A DNA stretch of 64,000 nucleotides from Candidatus Melainabacteria bacterium 17Bon1m (GCA_032128875.1 JAVLKG010000005.1:192001-256000); one strand, 5' to 3'; counted from the first letter of the stretch, positions 9,183 to 19,288 are shown. Notes: generated by a model not told the origin, from the sequence alone. Program-made: numbers and translations.

Positions 9183-9755
9183 ATGAAAGCTAGCTTCGTA
9201 GTAAATCCCGCTCTGAAGGGAGCAGCCGGTGTCGAATCCGTCGAGACCGATGTGCTTCTTCTCTGCACTGTTGCAGGAACTGAACTCGGTCCTACCACTC
9301 GTGCCGTCGATCAGAGTCTGAACGGGCTGATCACCCGCAAGCTTCAGACGAAGAAGAACGGTTTCACGGGAGAAGTCGGCCAGCTCATCAGCATCGCTCC
9401 GAAAGGGGCTCCGGCGAAGCGCATCAGCATCGTCGGTCTGGGTGAGATGGGGACTCTTCAGCCACGCAATCTCTGCAAGGCAATCCACACGACCGTCGAG
9501 GATGCGCTCAAGCGCAATGCATCTCGGCTTTCCATTCCCGTCGCCGCCAACAGCATGAGCCAGATCAAGCTCAAAGGCCAGGCCAAGATCATCCGTGAGG
9601 TGGTCGAATCGCTCCTGGCTTCGGCTGCCCACCGCGACAAGGAAGGGGAATTCGAGGTCGAACTGCTCTGCACTCCGCAAGCCGCACATCTGATTCAGCA
9701 AGGACTCGACATCGAGCCCAATCTGGACAGCGTGTGCTGCCTGGACGACGAGTAA
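9183..9755 (+). CDS. Stand-alone leucyl aminopeptidase (M17) N-terminal domain protein
   Basis: GGAGG RBS before ATG 9183; AVDQSLNGLITR, FTGEVGQ, PAKRISIVGLG match the M17 N-terminal domain; no catalytic domain follows. Confidence 0.8.
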   Translation: MKASFVVNPALKGAAGVESVETDVLLLCTVAGTELGPTTRAVDQSLNGLITRKLQTKKNGFTGEVGQLISIAPKGAPAKRISIVGLGEMGTLQPRNLCKAIHTTVEDALKRNASRLSIPVAANSMSQIKLKGQAKIIREVVESLLASAAHRDKEGEFEVELLCTPQAAHLIQQGLDIEPNLDSVCCLDDE

Positions 9756-10073
9756 CAAGACGGCGACAAGGATTGTCTAACCGCAGGTTGCCACTGAAGT
9801 AACCGAGTTAAACTGCAAATCGCAGAATCGCTGTAAGTGAACGAAGGGCGGGGTTCGGTGAAAGGCGCGACCTAGATTGGTCTGCGGCCGCATCGGACCC
9901 CGCCTGGAGTTTGCTGAAGCAAACATCTTTTGCGCTGTATGAGCCTCCAAAACTCATACATGCGCATTTTGTTTTTGCGATTTTAATACTAAAGCACGTA
10001 GTACGATCTTCGTTTTCTGAGAGTATCAGCTGTTCTTGAGCTTGTATGCACATTCGATTTCGGTCTGAGTATT

Positions 10074-10514
10074 TTACTTGCCGACGGTTTCGGCGAGGCT
10101 TTTTCTGCATGGGTCGTACCGTCTGAGTGGTTGCTCTGGTGCGTCGAGATACATTTCTGCGGCGTGTCGACGTTGAATGCTGGCGTTTCGCGCACCGCTG
10201 CCGACGAGTGCTCGCACGATAAACAGTGCAATTAGAGGCAAGCCGACACAGGCTCCTGCAATGCTGAAAAACATGCTCAGCACGCCCATCATGCATCCAT
10301 CACTTTCTGACGGTTTACTGTCATCAAATGATGTAGAGACGCCGGACAAGTAGTCGTAATCAACGTTTTGATATGAGTTGGTCGTTGATTCTTGTTGCGA
10401 TTCTACTAAGTACTACTGCGCCTGTGCTGGCTGCGATGCGGATATAGAGAGGCAAGAGAGAGCGGCAATAAAAACTAGCACGTATGCAAATTTCGGCAAA
10501 CGGATGTTGCGCAT
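10074..10514 (-). pseudogene. Exported/membrane protein interrupted by an in-frame TAG
   Basis: GAGGA RBS, ATG 10514, signal peptide ending QPAQAQ, TAG at 10415-10413; the same frame continues into ORF 10074-10349, which has a TM helix. Confidence 0.6.
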
Positions 10515-11124
10515 TCAGTCCTCGCAAGGGAATGTGATGACGGGAAGATATTTCTGATGGGCGTACTTTATGTTGCAGCAGGACGCGTGGCAGCCGTGTG
10601 ACACAATCCTAAACGTGGTTATCGGAAATCGACGCAACGAAATGTCTTGTTCTTTAAATATGCGATGCGTGTTCGCTAACTAGGAAAAGCTAGCGCGAAG
10701 CTCATTAAAAGCCGGTTGAGGTCGGTTTATTGCCGGGCAAGTAATCAATGCGCATATAAAGATCAAACTATAACTTCGCGCTAGGGTTTAGGTTTTCTTA
10801 GTGACACAAAACGATGGAATTAGAGCTATGGAATGGTTTTCTGGCTCTTCAGTTTCATAAGGTAAAAGCGTCTTTTTCATTTTCTTGTCCTAAGGAAACC
10901 TCGAACTCAGCAGCTCTTTCAGCCAATCGCATACGCAATCTTCCGGCTTTTAGTGCTGTTGTCTTCGTGTCGAAAAAGACTTTCTGCGACTCTCTGCATA
11001 TGACTTGACGAGGACATTCCATCCTCTATCTTGCCCGCACAGAGCCGCTCACCGCGCTGGTGCCACCGAGCCTGCCTGGACTCAGGTGCCCGTGCTAACA
11101 AACAACCAGGTAAGGAAAATTTCA

Positions 11125-11940
11125 ATGACTAACAAGACCAGCCACCCGACCTTCAAAGCAAGCTCCAGCCAGAGCGAGCTGCCCGTCTACAAGCACTCTG
11201 ATGCTGCCGAGTTCATCCGAATCGAGGACTTCGACCTCTTCGAGATGACGCTCTGGCACCAGGGTGCTGCTCGCGATCAAGCCAACGCCAAGGCGGAAGA
11301 GCTGCGTCGCAACGGCGTCATGTCGCTGCGCAACAGCCCCCATGCCGATGCCGCTGCGAAGTGCCGCATTCACTTCGAGACCCTGCAGCAGGCATTCGAT
11401 TGCCTCCAGTCGCTCAAGGAGCAAGAGAAGCTCGCTCGCCAAAACCGTGGTCAGGCCAAAGGGCGCTTGATTCCCGGCTGGCAAGACTTTGTCGCAAATG
11501 CCGGCAAGGGCTCCAGCAAGAAGGTCGATCCGGCGCACTCCGATACCACGCGCTCCAGCCTGGAGCGTCTGCACAGCTACAAGGTGGCGTCAACCGGCTG
11601 TGATGTGATCGCGATGATGCAGCGTCCGGCCTGGCAGCGCCTCAACCTGGCGCAGAAGGAACTGTCCCGTCGCCTTTATCTCATTCACAACACGACGCTG
11701 AAGGAGATGGCGATGAACAACATTCTGTGCGCGCGCCAGCTCCTGCTCAGCAAGGAGTCCGCGAACACCGACGCGACCGAGCAGCGCGAGAGCTCGACGC
11801 TTTCGTGCGCAACGCAGTTCTTGATCAGCGATCAGTGGGATGCCGATGAGTCCGGCGAAAAGCTGCGCGGTGGCGACTCGGCACATGCCGAAGAGCGCTC
11901 CGTCGGCTGGGGCAACATGCCTTCGCCCGTGGACTACTAA
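11125..11940 (+). CDS. Hypothetical helical protein
   Basis: AAGGA RBS before ATG 11125; strong G/C-ending codon bias; followed by a terminator. Confidence 0.75.
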   Translation: MTNKTSHPTFKASSSQSELPVYKHSDAAEFIRIEDFDLFEMTLWHQGAARDQANAKAEELRRNGVMSLRNSPHADAAAKCRIHFETLQQAFDCLQSLKEQEKLARQNRGQAKGRLIPGWQDFVANAGKGSSKKVDPAHSDTTRSSLERLHSYKVASTGCDVIAMMQRPAWQRLNLAQKELSRRLYLIHNTTLKEMAMNNILCARQLLLSKESANTDATEQRESSTLSCATQFLISDQWDADESGEKLRGGDSAHAEERSVGWGNMPSPVDY

Positions 11941-11991
11941 GAGGTAGTTCGCTGAACAACAGCGTTTTGCTGTCGTAAAGTGACTTGAAGG

Positions 11992-12038
11992 TACGGGAGG
12001 TCGGCTTCACAACCGACTTCCCGTATCCTTCTTTCTTT
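11992..12038 (+). terminator. Intrinsic terminator
   Basis: TACGGGAGGTCGG-loop-CCGACTTCCCGTA (one G-U pair) followed by a pyrimidine/T-rich run. Confidence 0.75.
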
Positions 12039-12234
12039 CGAATTTATTACTAAATAAACTAGTAGAAAATTTTGGAAAAAACAAAGGAGGGAAGACCGGC
12101 TGCTCATCTGACATGAAGCCACCTGGGCGGTGCGACGAATTGGAGTATTCGTACACACCGCCCGGCAGCAAGATGGTGACCTGTCGAGCTTCATTCGGCT
12201 CGACAGGCAAGTCACCTATGAACGCGAACCTGGC

Positions 12235-12675
12235 TTACTGAGCCAGGTTGAACATGACCACGCTGAACGCCACCTGTCCGGCGATCGCCAGAACGGTGAT
12301 GAGCAGCGCGGCGCCGATGGTGGCACCGAAGGACTTCACTGCGAGCGACTTCTTCATCACCTTGGACGCGCCCCAGATGGACAGCGCCAGGGTGAGGATG
12401 TCGGCGGCCATGAAGCTGAGCTCGTAGGTGGCAGCGGTTGCGAAGCCGCGACCGAGGATGCCGACCAGCGCGACGGCCCAGAACTGGGCTGCGATGTTCA
12501 GCGCGATGCTCAGAGCGCCGTAAACGGCGGTGATGCCGAGGACGGCGACGCTGCGCCAGACGAACGGCTTGTTCTCGCTGGCGGCGAATGCCACGTTGCC
12601 TGACGTGAGCCAGGGCGAGGCATAACGAAGTCCCACCGCTGTTGCGATGGCATAGATAATCAGGCTTGCAAGCAT
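12235..12675 (-). CDS. Membrane protein (about 4 TM helices)
   Basis: Several long hydrophobic segments; last gene of the patatin run. Start 12675 preferred, 12714 possible. Confidence 0.8.
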   Translation of the reverse strand: MLASLIIYAIATAVGLRYASPWLTSGNVAFAASENKPFVWRSVAVLGITAVYGALSIALNIAAQFWAVALVGILGRGFATAATYELSFMAADILTLALSIWGASKVMKKSLAVKSFGATIGAALLITVLAIAGQVAFSVVMFNLAQ

Positions 12676-12743
12676 GATTTTCACTCTCAGGTTAGGTTGA
12701 GAGCGCGGCGTCATTGCCGCGCTCCTGCGTGACGGTGTTCCGT

Positions 12744-13028
12744 CTACGCTTCGTCGTGAATCACTCCTTCGTCCTCGTCGTCGTCGTAGAGCTCATCTTC
12801 GTTGGACTGCGCACGCGACGCGTCCGAGAAGTTGAAGTCAAAACGCGGGCCGAAGTCTCCGAGACCATGCTCGGCGACGATCATCTGGGCGAATTCCATC
12901 AGGTCCTGGCGCTCGTCCACCGGAAGCGAGTCGAGCGGATGGATGATGGTCATCGCCAGCGGACCGTTGCGGCGCACCGGCTGGAAGATGCCGTACTTGG
13001 CGAGGAGGAGTGTGTCAACGCGAGCCAT
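12744..13028 (-). CDS. Small hypothetical protein with acidic tail
   Basis: AAGGGA RBS; ends NEDELYDDDEDEGVIHDEA. Confidence 0.75.
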   Translation of the reverse strand: MARVDTLLLAKYGIFQPVRRNGPLAMTIIHPLDSLPVDERQDLMEFAQMIVAEHGLGDFGPRFDFNFSDASRAQSNEDELYDDDEDEGVIHDEA

Positions 13029-13115
13029 CTAAATTCCCTTTCTTGACGAAGACCAAGTCCGACGAACCGAATGTTTTGCACCCGGGTCGTACTTTCGCGT
13101 GCAGCAGCGTTGCGT

Positions 13116-13367
13116 TTAGCTTTGCTGCTGAGAGTCTTCTGAAACTGCACCGGCGGTGTCGAGCGTGTCGAGATGGTTTTCGACGCGCTCGCCACCTTCG
13201 AGTGCAATTTGCAATGCCACGAACTGAGGCGGTGAGCTGTTCAGAACGTGGGACGGAATGCCGAGTCCGAGCGTGTCGACCAAGGAAGTCAACTCACTCT
13301 GCGGCTCGGCAACGCCGTCACGATGGGCGAAGGAGAGGATTCGTTTTTGTAGTTGCAGTGACTTCAT
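13116..13367 (-). CDS. Small hypothetical protein
   Basis: AAGGAG RBS 20 nt after the patatin stop; 83 aa. Confidence 0.7.
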   Translation of the reverse strand: MKSLQLQKRILSFAHRDGVAEPQSELTSLVDTLGLGIPSHVLNSSPPQFVALQIALEGGERVENHLDTLDTAGAVSEDSQQQS

Positions 13368-13387
13368 TCTTGTTCGTCTCCTTCGTG

Positions 13388-14242
13388 TTAGTCCGCAGTC
13401 GCTGCGCTTTCGCTACCGCTTTCGGCAGAGCCTTCCAGCTTGCCGTCGGCAATCGCCTTGCGCAGCACCTGCATGCCGTGCTTGTATCCCTGCTCGTACA
13501 TCCACATGCAGCGCTTCGTGCTCAGATTGAACGCGAGCCCGCAGATGTCGTCCGCCTCGTGCGCGACGAGCACATGGCGTTCTTCGTCGACCTTGGTGGG
13601 CTGGTGCACCACCGGAAGATAGACTTCGCGCCACTGGAAGTAGGCAGAGATGGGGTCTTGCAGCTCGAGGCTGAGCCGCGTAGCAAAACCGAGCGCCGAG
13701 ATGATGGCGGTCGTCTTGCAGAACTCATCGGGGTTGCGGTGGTAAGCCGCGCCGTCGATGAGCATTTTGTCGTCGAAGTGCACCGGCAGAAACACGCCGG
13801 GCAGAGCACCGGAAGCGCTCAAGGCGAGGTGCAGCTTGTAGCTGGTGCCCTCGAACAGCACTGCCTTCTTTGTGCGCGCGTCGCAAGCGACAATGCGCAG
13901 CCGGTCGTTGGGCATCAAACCGAGATGCTCAACGGTTTCTTCCCATGGCTTCTCGAGGCTCAGGAAGCTCATTCCGACCAGGAAGCTCTTCATGTCCGGC
14001 ACCGTGACGGCGCTGGCCAGAAGAAGAGGGTTGCCTGATTTTTCATGAGCTTCCAAGAAGAGCTTCAGAATCTGGTCGGAGTTCATGCCGTTCGTGAAGA
14101 AGGTGGCGATAATCGCACCCACACTCACGCCCGTCACTTTGTCGACCTTGATACCGAGCTCTTCAACAGCCTTGAGCAGACCGATGTGGAAGTAGCCCTT
14201 GACGCCGCCGGCGCCAAAGACCAATTCGACAGATTTGGTCAT
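13388..14242 (-). CDS. Patatin-like phospholipase
   Basis: GAGGVKG glycine loop, GVSVG nucleophile elbow, SASGALPGVF, DGA catalytic Asp. Confidence 0.93.
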   Translation of the reverse strand: MTKSVELVFGAGGVKGYFHIGLLKAVEELGIKVDKVTGVSVGAIIATFFTNGMNSDQILKLFLEAHEKSGNPLLLASAVTVPDMKSFLVGMSFLSLEKPWEETVEHLGLMPNDRLRIVACDARTKKAVLFEGTSYKLHLALSASGALPGVFLPVHFDDKMLIDGAAYHRNPDEFCKTTAIISALGFATRLSLELQDPISAYFQWREVYLPVVHQPTKVDEERHVLVAHEADDICGLAFNLSTKRCMWMYEQGYKHGMQVLRKAIADGKLEGSAESGSESAATAD

Positions 14243-14583
14243 GACATAGCTCCTGAATACATGCTCGCCGCACTGTCCTCACGGGGGTTCAGTAGCGCGC
14301 GAACGGGTTGCAGATTTCGGCAACATCCGGAGGAAACCGGAATCACCGTAACGATTTCCTCCGTTGGACCGCATTAGATGCGACCCTACACAACGCAGCT
14401 CTTGCGAGTTTGCGCTATGCAATCGACCAAATTCGGCAGCTTCCCAACGACACGTGAATGCCGTTCATCTCTCTGAAGTTGGTGAAGGAAGTAGCCTTTT
14501 GGTCTGATCTGAAGTCTTTTGTTGAGGGGAAATTGAGAGATACTTATGTGGTACTAGAGCTGAAAGACTAAAGCCTATAAAGT

Positions 14584-14608
14584 CATGTAAAGTCGTGCTC
14601 TTTACATG
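14584..14608. promoter_or_regulatory. Candidate operator palindrome upstream of the patatin operon
   Basis: CATGTAAAG-N7-CTTTACATG perfect inverted repeat in intergenic DNA. Confidence 0.4.
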
Positions 14609-14905
14609 TCATTACAAGCTTCATATAGGAAGCCTTTTGGGGCTTTTCTAGGAGACAGGCGCCCGAGATCAAATCGCTTTTCTTGGAGGATGCATTTTTC
14701 GCTCGTTTTTCCGGTTAAAAACGACCCTTAATTCTCAACGTAAATCAGTTCGCTCTTGTGCGCTAGTCTCTAATGTAGAGATTGCACAGTCATGCACAGC
14801 GATAGTGTTCTCGAATACACGGCAAATTAGGCGACACAAGATTCCTTAGCGCGAGTGACGAGAAACACGGACTGTTGGTACCGTATCTGATACCGATTGC
14901 CTGTT

Positions 14906-15136
14906 TCAAACTTCGTGTACTCCGGCTGGATTTAAATTGGACTTTGCCAGGCACTCAAGAACTTTCTGTTGGTTTTCCTTTTCTAAGAGCTCGAGTGACA
15001 TTCCGCAAATTGCCGAGCCTAAGCCCGGAGGGGTTGGAGTAGGTCGAGCCGCAGTTTTGGTGGTCTCATTATTTCGCAGAGCTTTCTCGGCGGCGAGCAC
15101 TTGATGCAAAGTGGGAAACGTCAGAATGGTGCGCAT
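14906..15136 (-). CDS. DUF3343-like small protein
   Basis: ILTFPTLHQVLAAEKAL...PTPPGLGSAICGMSL matches the DUF3343 pattern; start moved to ATG 15136. Confidence 0.8.
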   Translation of the reverse strand: MRTILTFPTLHQVLAAEKALRNNETTKTAARPTPTPPGLGSAICGMSLELLEKENQQKVLECLAKSNLNPAGVHEV

Positions 15137-15311
15137 TTGAACAGTATTGTTGTCTTTGTGTAAAACCGATTCTCCCACCCCTAAAAATACGTTTCTAAGT
15201 GTTAGGTAAGAGGGAAGTAAAAAATGGGGAAAGACTAAAGACCCAAACCGGATCAGCCGTTTCGCCAAAATTTACTCTGTTATACTCGAATTAGAGAGAG
15301 GGGTCTTCAAA

Positions 15312-15515
15312 ATGCTTTATTACTTGTGTTCTCGTTGTCAATTTAGAATTCAGGCGAACAAGCACATTTGCCCCACTTGCGGCTACAAAGTTCCGGCGTC
15401 GAAGCCCGAACAGACCGAAGAGCAAGCTTCTCCGCGTGCCAACGCGTTGCTGAAAATGCTGGGTCTGGGCGAAAAGAAAGAAGCTTCGCACGAAAAACCT
15501 GCACTTGCTGAATAG
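15312..15515 (+). CDS. Small zinc-ribbon protein
   Basis: CSRC...CPTCG; GAGGGG RBS. Confidence 0.75.
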   Translation: MLYYLCSRCQFRIQANKHICPTCGYKVPASKPEQTEEQASPRANALLKMLGLGEKKEASHEKPALAE

Positions 15516-15689
15516 CATGTAGTTAGCGGTGGTTGCAAAAAAAGTCTTGTGAGGCGGTGCATTGCATCGCCTTTTTGTTTGATGCAAACGATTCGCGAGC
15601 GAGCCGCTTGTGTAGCAGGGGCGCCGCATGCCACGTAGTATTCGGGCAGCCGCATGTGGCTCCCTGACAGGGAAGCGCATGTGCTTGCC

Positions 15690-18020
15690 CTACTTAGAAT
15701 AGAGCTGCTGGTAGGTCCAATAACTGCCGAAGACTTTGCGCACATAGTCGCGGGTTTCACGGAAGGGGATGTTCTCGACAAAGAGATCGAAATCCCCTGA
15801 TGTATGGCGACGCATCCAACTGCCTACTGCGCCGGGACCACCGTTATAGCTCGCTACGCCCAGCATAGCGTTGCCGCCGAAGCGTTGGATTGCATACGAC
15901 AGGTAATATGTACCGAGCTTGATATTCACCTCCGGACGGGTGATATCGCTCTCTCCCGAGAGAGTAATGCCGACTTTTTTGGCCGAACCGTATGCGGTGC
16001 CGACCAAGAGCTGCATTAAGCCTAATGCATGCGATCTTGATACTGCAGAAGGCTTGTATCTGGACTCTTCTCGAATTAAGGCGTGAACAAGTAGCGGGTC
16101 AACTCCTCGCATGGAAGCATTTTCGGACACGTAAGTCCCGAATTCCAGCGGATACGATTCCTGCCAGAGATCATTCTTGATCGGCTTGCCATCAGCTATT
16201 TTGCTTGCAGCTCCAATAGCTTCCATGTTCATTCCCAGTTTAGCTAGCAGTGCTGACTTGAGAGTTCTAGGCGCCGACGACGGTAGAAGCTCGACACATT
16301 CGTCCCACTGGTTGAGGCGAAACAGCGACATGAACGTCGGATCGAAAGGAGCATCAGCTCCTGCTTTTGCGGTCGGTAGTTCAGGCTCAGGCCAGCGCCA
16401 ATTCGGTTGAGGATGTTTTCGCCCTGTCTTCGTTGACCAGCCTGCATCGCCGCCTCCGGGCTTCAATGCTGCCAGTCGGTGCCGTGCGCGATAGCCGTAG
16501 TAGTTGCTGGGAAAGCGTTCGTAAGCGGCTGTGTAAGCGTTGATCGCCATGCCTTTCTGACCCATGCGTTCTTGCAGTTTGCCGATCCAGAAAAGTAATC
16601 TTGCGGCCTGTCTGGTTTCTGGATATTGGTGCGCTGCCTGTGTTCCAATTTGAATTGCAGTGGGATAGCGTTTTTTATCGCCTGTCTTCGCCTCGTGCCA
16701 GAAGAGCCACCATGATGATTCTGCTGCAAATTCCGAAGTGGGAAAACGTTTGATAATTTCACGAAAGTAAGGCAGACCCTCATCTCCGTTCGCTCTGATG
16801 CCGATGTTCCACAGAGCTGCGTCCGCATGAACAGGCGCAGCGGCCAGGCAAGCTTTCCATAAATCCAGCGCTTGCGCTTTTGTTAGGGGATTGCTTAAAA
16901 GCGTACCGGCGGCGGAGTACGAACGGCTTTGCGGATCATTCTTTATGGCTTGCAGGAGTGTTGCACGCGCTTCTTCATGTTTGTTCAAGCGACTGAGGGC
17001 AATTGAGCGGAGGAATAAATTCTTGCCAGGATCGGCTCTATCCCAGGCTTTGAGAGCGGCACTCGAATTGCCGAAGTTGTAATAAGCTCTGCCGAGAACA
17101 TCGTAGTCGGCTGGGGTGAGTTGTATTGTTCCTTGCGCTGCCATGGCTTCTAAACGTCCAGCAATTTCTGGTGCGAAACGGCCGTCATGAGCATTTTTCA
17201 AATAATCTTTGAATAGGCCAATGGCTTGTTCTGCTGCTTCCGGTGTGGGGGCTGGTGTTGTTTTGAGCAACAGATCGCCGATGTAATAGGAAGAACCGTA
17301 TGAATACTTGCTTGTGGGGGCTTCCTGTTTTACGGTCTGAAAAAGCTGCATCGCGGCATCGTATTCGCCTGCTTTGAGAACGGTCTGTCCAAGCGTGTAG
17401 TCTGCATATGCTTTTTCTTCCGCAGACTTGGAAGTAGATTTGAGAACTCTCAAGCATTCTCGAATTTGAGCGTCGTCACCGGCCTTTGTTGCGATGTCCA
17501 AAAGATGCTTGCTGGAGCGTTGGCTGAGAGGCGCATATTTCGCGGAGTTCTTGAACAGTCCGACCATGGTCGTGTAGGTTTCGTCAGTCTGCCCGCCCGT
17601 GGGGGCTGGGCTCCAGTCTTTTTTTAGCAGTTTGGCGAGAACGTAGCTCGCTTCCTGCTTTGTTGTTTGGCTGACTCCGCCATGATTGAGTAATTCATTG
17701 ATTTTCTCGATCGTTGATTGACGTGGCTCGCTGTCTAGCTTTTCTACAATCTGATCGAGCGATGGTGCACCCGATATTGCGGCTATCGCACTGTACCAGC
17801 CGTTTTTGCCATCTCCAGCCCCACCACCTAAAGCACAGCCGGATGCCAGGCAAGCCAGCACAACAAGAGAAAGCGCGCTGCCTTTGCGCACTGAAACTTT
17901 TCCCACTTTGAAGCTTTGAGATTGCTTGCGTGAATTTCGCATGCTTGCCTCGCTTGTCAATTCTTCTTTTGCCTGTTTCTTCAAAGCAGAAGTCTTGGTT
18001 GAATTTAGAAATGCTAGCAT
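15690..18020 (-). CDS. slt: Soluble lytic murein transglycosylase with TPR superhelix
   Basis: ALIREESRY, ALGLMQL, NIKLG..YL, ASYNGGPG, IPFRETRDYV; N-terminal hydrophobic segment with LASGC. Start uncertain (18020 or 17942). Confidence 0.93.
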   Translation of the reverse strand: MLAFLNSTKTSALKKQAKEELTSEASMRNSRKQSQSFKVGKVSVRKGSALSLVVLACLASGCALGGGAGDGKNGWYSAIAAISGAPSLDQIVEKLDSEPRQSTIEKINELLNHGGVSQTTKQEASYVLAKLLKKDWSPAPTGGQTDETYTTMVGLFKNSAKYAPLSQRSSKHLLDIATKAGDDAQIRECLRVLKSTSKSAEEKAYADYTLGQTVLKAGEYDAAMQLFQTVKQEAPTSKYSYGSSYYIGDLLLKTTPAPTPEAAEQAIGLFKDYLKNAHDGRFAPEIAGRLEAMAAQGTIQLTPADYDVLGRAYYNFGNSSAALKAWDRADPGKNLFLRSIALSRLNKHEEARATLLQAIKNDPQSRSYSAAGTLLSNPLTKAQALDLWKACLAAAPVHADAALWNIGIRANGDEGLPYFREIIKRFPTSEFAAESSWWLFWHEAKTGDKKRYPTAIQIGTQAAHQYPETRQAARLLFWIGKLQERMGQKGMAINAYTAAYERFPSNYYGYRARHRLAALKPGGGDAGWSTKTGRKHPQPNWRWPEPELPTAKAGADAPFDPTFMSLFRLNQWDECVELLPSSAPRTLKSALLAKLGMNMEAIGAASKIADGKPIKNDLWQESYPLEFGTYVSENASMRGVDPLLVHALIREESRYKPSAVSRSHALGLMQLLVGTAYGSAKKVGITLSGESDITRPEVNIKLGTYYLSYAIQRFGGNAMLGVASYNGGPGAVGSWMRRHTSGDFDLFVENIPFRETRDYVRKVFGSYWTYQQLYSK

Positions 18021-18049
18021 GGCAGTTCTGCACCTTGCTTTGTTGAAAG

Positions 18050-19288
18050 ATGAATCCAGAAGGCGCCACCGCCCAGCCCATCTACATGGATAATGCCGCC
18101 ACCAGCTATCCCAAGCCGGAGGGGGTATATATCGCTGCCGACCAATATTTTCGCAGTGCGGCCAACCCAGGGCGCGGCGCTCACAAAAGGGCACTGGATT
18201 CGGCTCGGCAGATTTTTGAGGTGAGAGAGAAGGTCGCCAAGTTTTTGAAGGTGCGTGATACCGAACGCCTGATCTTTACCCCGGGGTGTACCTATTCGTT
18301 AAATATGGTTTTGCAGGGGCTGGCAAAACCCAATCCGATTACAGGGCAGAGCGCTTTTTTAAAACGCGGGGATGCCGTCCTGGTTTCATCGCTGGAGCAC
18401 AATTCGTTAATGCGCCCGCTTACCAGACTGGCGGCAGAACTTGACCTGCATGTGGTTCGTCTCCCGTATGAGGCGGGAAAAATTTTTTCTGTTGCAGAAC
18501 TGCGGCGATTGTTGAACGAGGTTCGTCCAAGTTTGGTCGCAACGGTACATGCCAGTAATGTCACCGGCGAAGCTATTGATATTGGCGCTGTAGCGGCAAG
18601 CTGCCATGTGGCGCGCACACCGCTTTTAGTTGATGCTGCGCAAACTGCTGGGCTTGAAAAGCAGCACTTGATCCATCCAGGTATCTCCTTCTGGTGCGCC
18701 TCTGCGCATAAGGGACTGTTCGGGCAACCCGGGCTGGGATTATTGCATGTATCCAAAGAATATGATCTGGAGCCGATTATCTCAGGCGGTACTGGATCAG
18801 CTTCAGAAGAATTGACCATGCCGGTTGTCTATCCGGATAGACTGGAGCCAGGTTCTGTTGCTGGTCCTGCTATTGCAGCTCTTGGTGCGGGTGTTGATTT
18901 CATTGAAAGTGTCGGCGCCGATCAGATCCTTCAACACGAAATCAGGCTGAGCGATGCGTTCATTTCATTTTTGAATGCATCTAATAACATTCGCGTCTAT
19001 TCGCCCGGCAGTGTTAACAACAGTAATTCGATAATCCCGCGTGTGGCCAACGTTTCCTTTGCCGTACCAGGGATGACGGCTGACCGTGTCGTCGATGCGT
19101 TGGACAAAGAGTTCAACATTGCGGCGCGTGGAGGTCTGCACTGCGCGGCGGTTGCGCACGAAACACTCGGAACAACCAAAGAAGGTTTAGTGCGTGTGAG
19201 TTTTGGATATTTCAATACAGAGACTCAGGTAAACGAGCTTGCCAGGGCTGTTCACGAGATAAGTCAGCGAGCCGCAGCTACCGCGTGA
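18050..19288 (+). CDS. Cysteine desulfurase family protein (class V PLP enzyme)
   Basis: YMDNAATSYPKP, EHNS, VDAAQTAG, SAHKGLFG (PLP Lys), RGGLHCA (catalytic Cys), RVSFGYFN. Confidence 0.93.
   Translation: MNPEGATAQPIYMDNAATSYPKPEGVYIAADQYFRSAANPGRGAHKRALDSARQIFEVREKVAKFLKVRDTERLIFTPGCTYSLNMVLQGLAKPNPITGQSAFLKRGDAVLVSSLEHNSLMRPLTRLAAELDLHVVRLPYEAGKIFSVAELRRLLNEVRPSLVATVHASNVTGEAIDIGAVAASCHVARTPLLVDAAQTAGLEKQHLIHPGISFWCASAHKGLFGQPGLGLLHVSKEYDLEPIISGGTGSASEELTMPVVYPDRLEPGSVAGPAIAALGAGVDFIESVGADQILQHEIRLSDAFISFLNASNNIRVYSPGSVNNSNSIIPRVANVSFAVPGMTADRVVDALDKEFNIAARGGLHCAAVAHETLGTTKEGLVRVSFGYFNTETQVNELARAVHEISQRAAATA

Noticed and set aside
13388-14242. Patatin as a CBASS effector
   Set aside because: No CD-NTase or other recognisable defence genes nearby.
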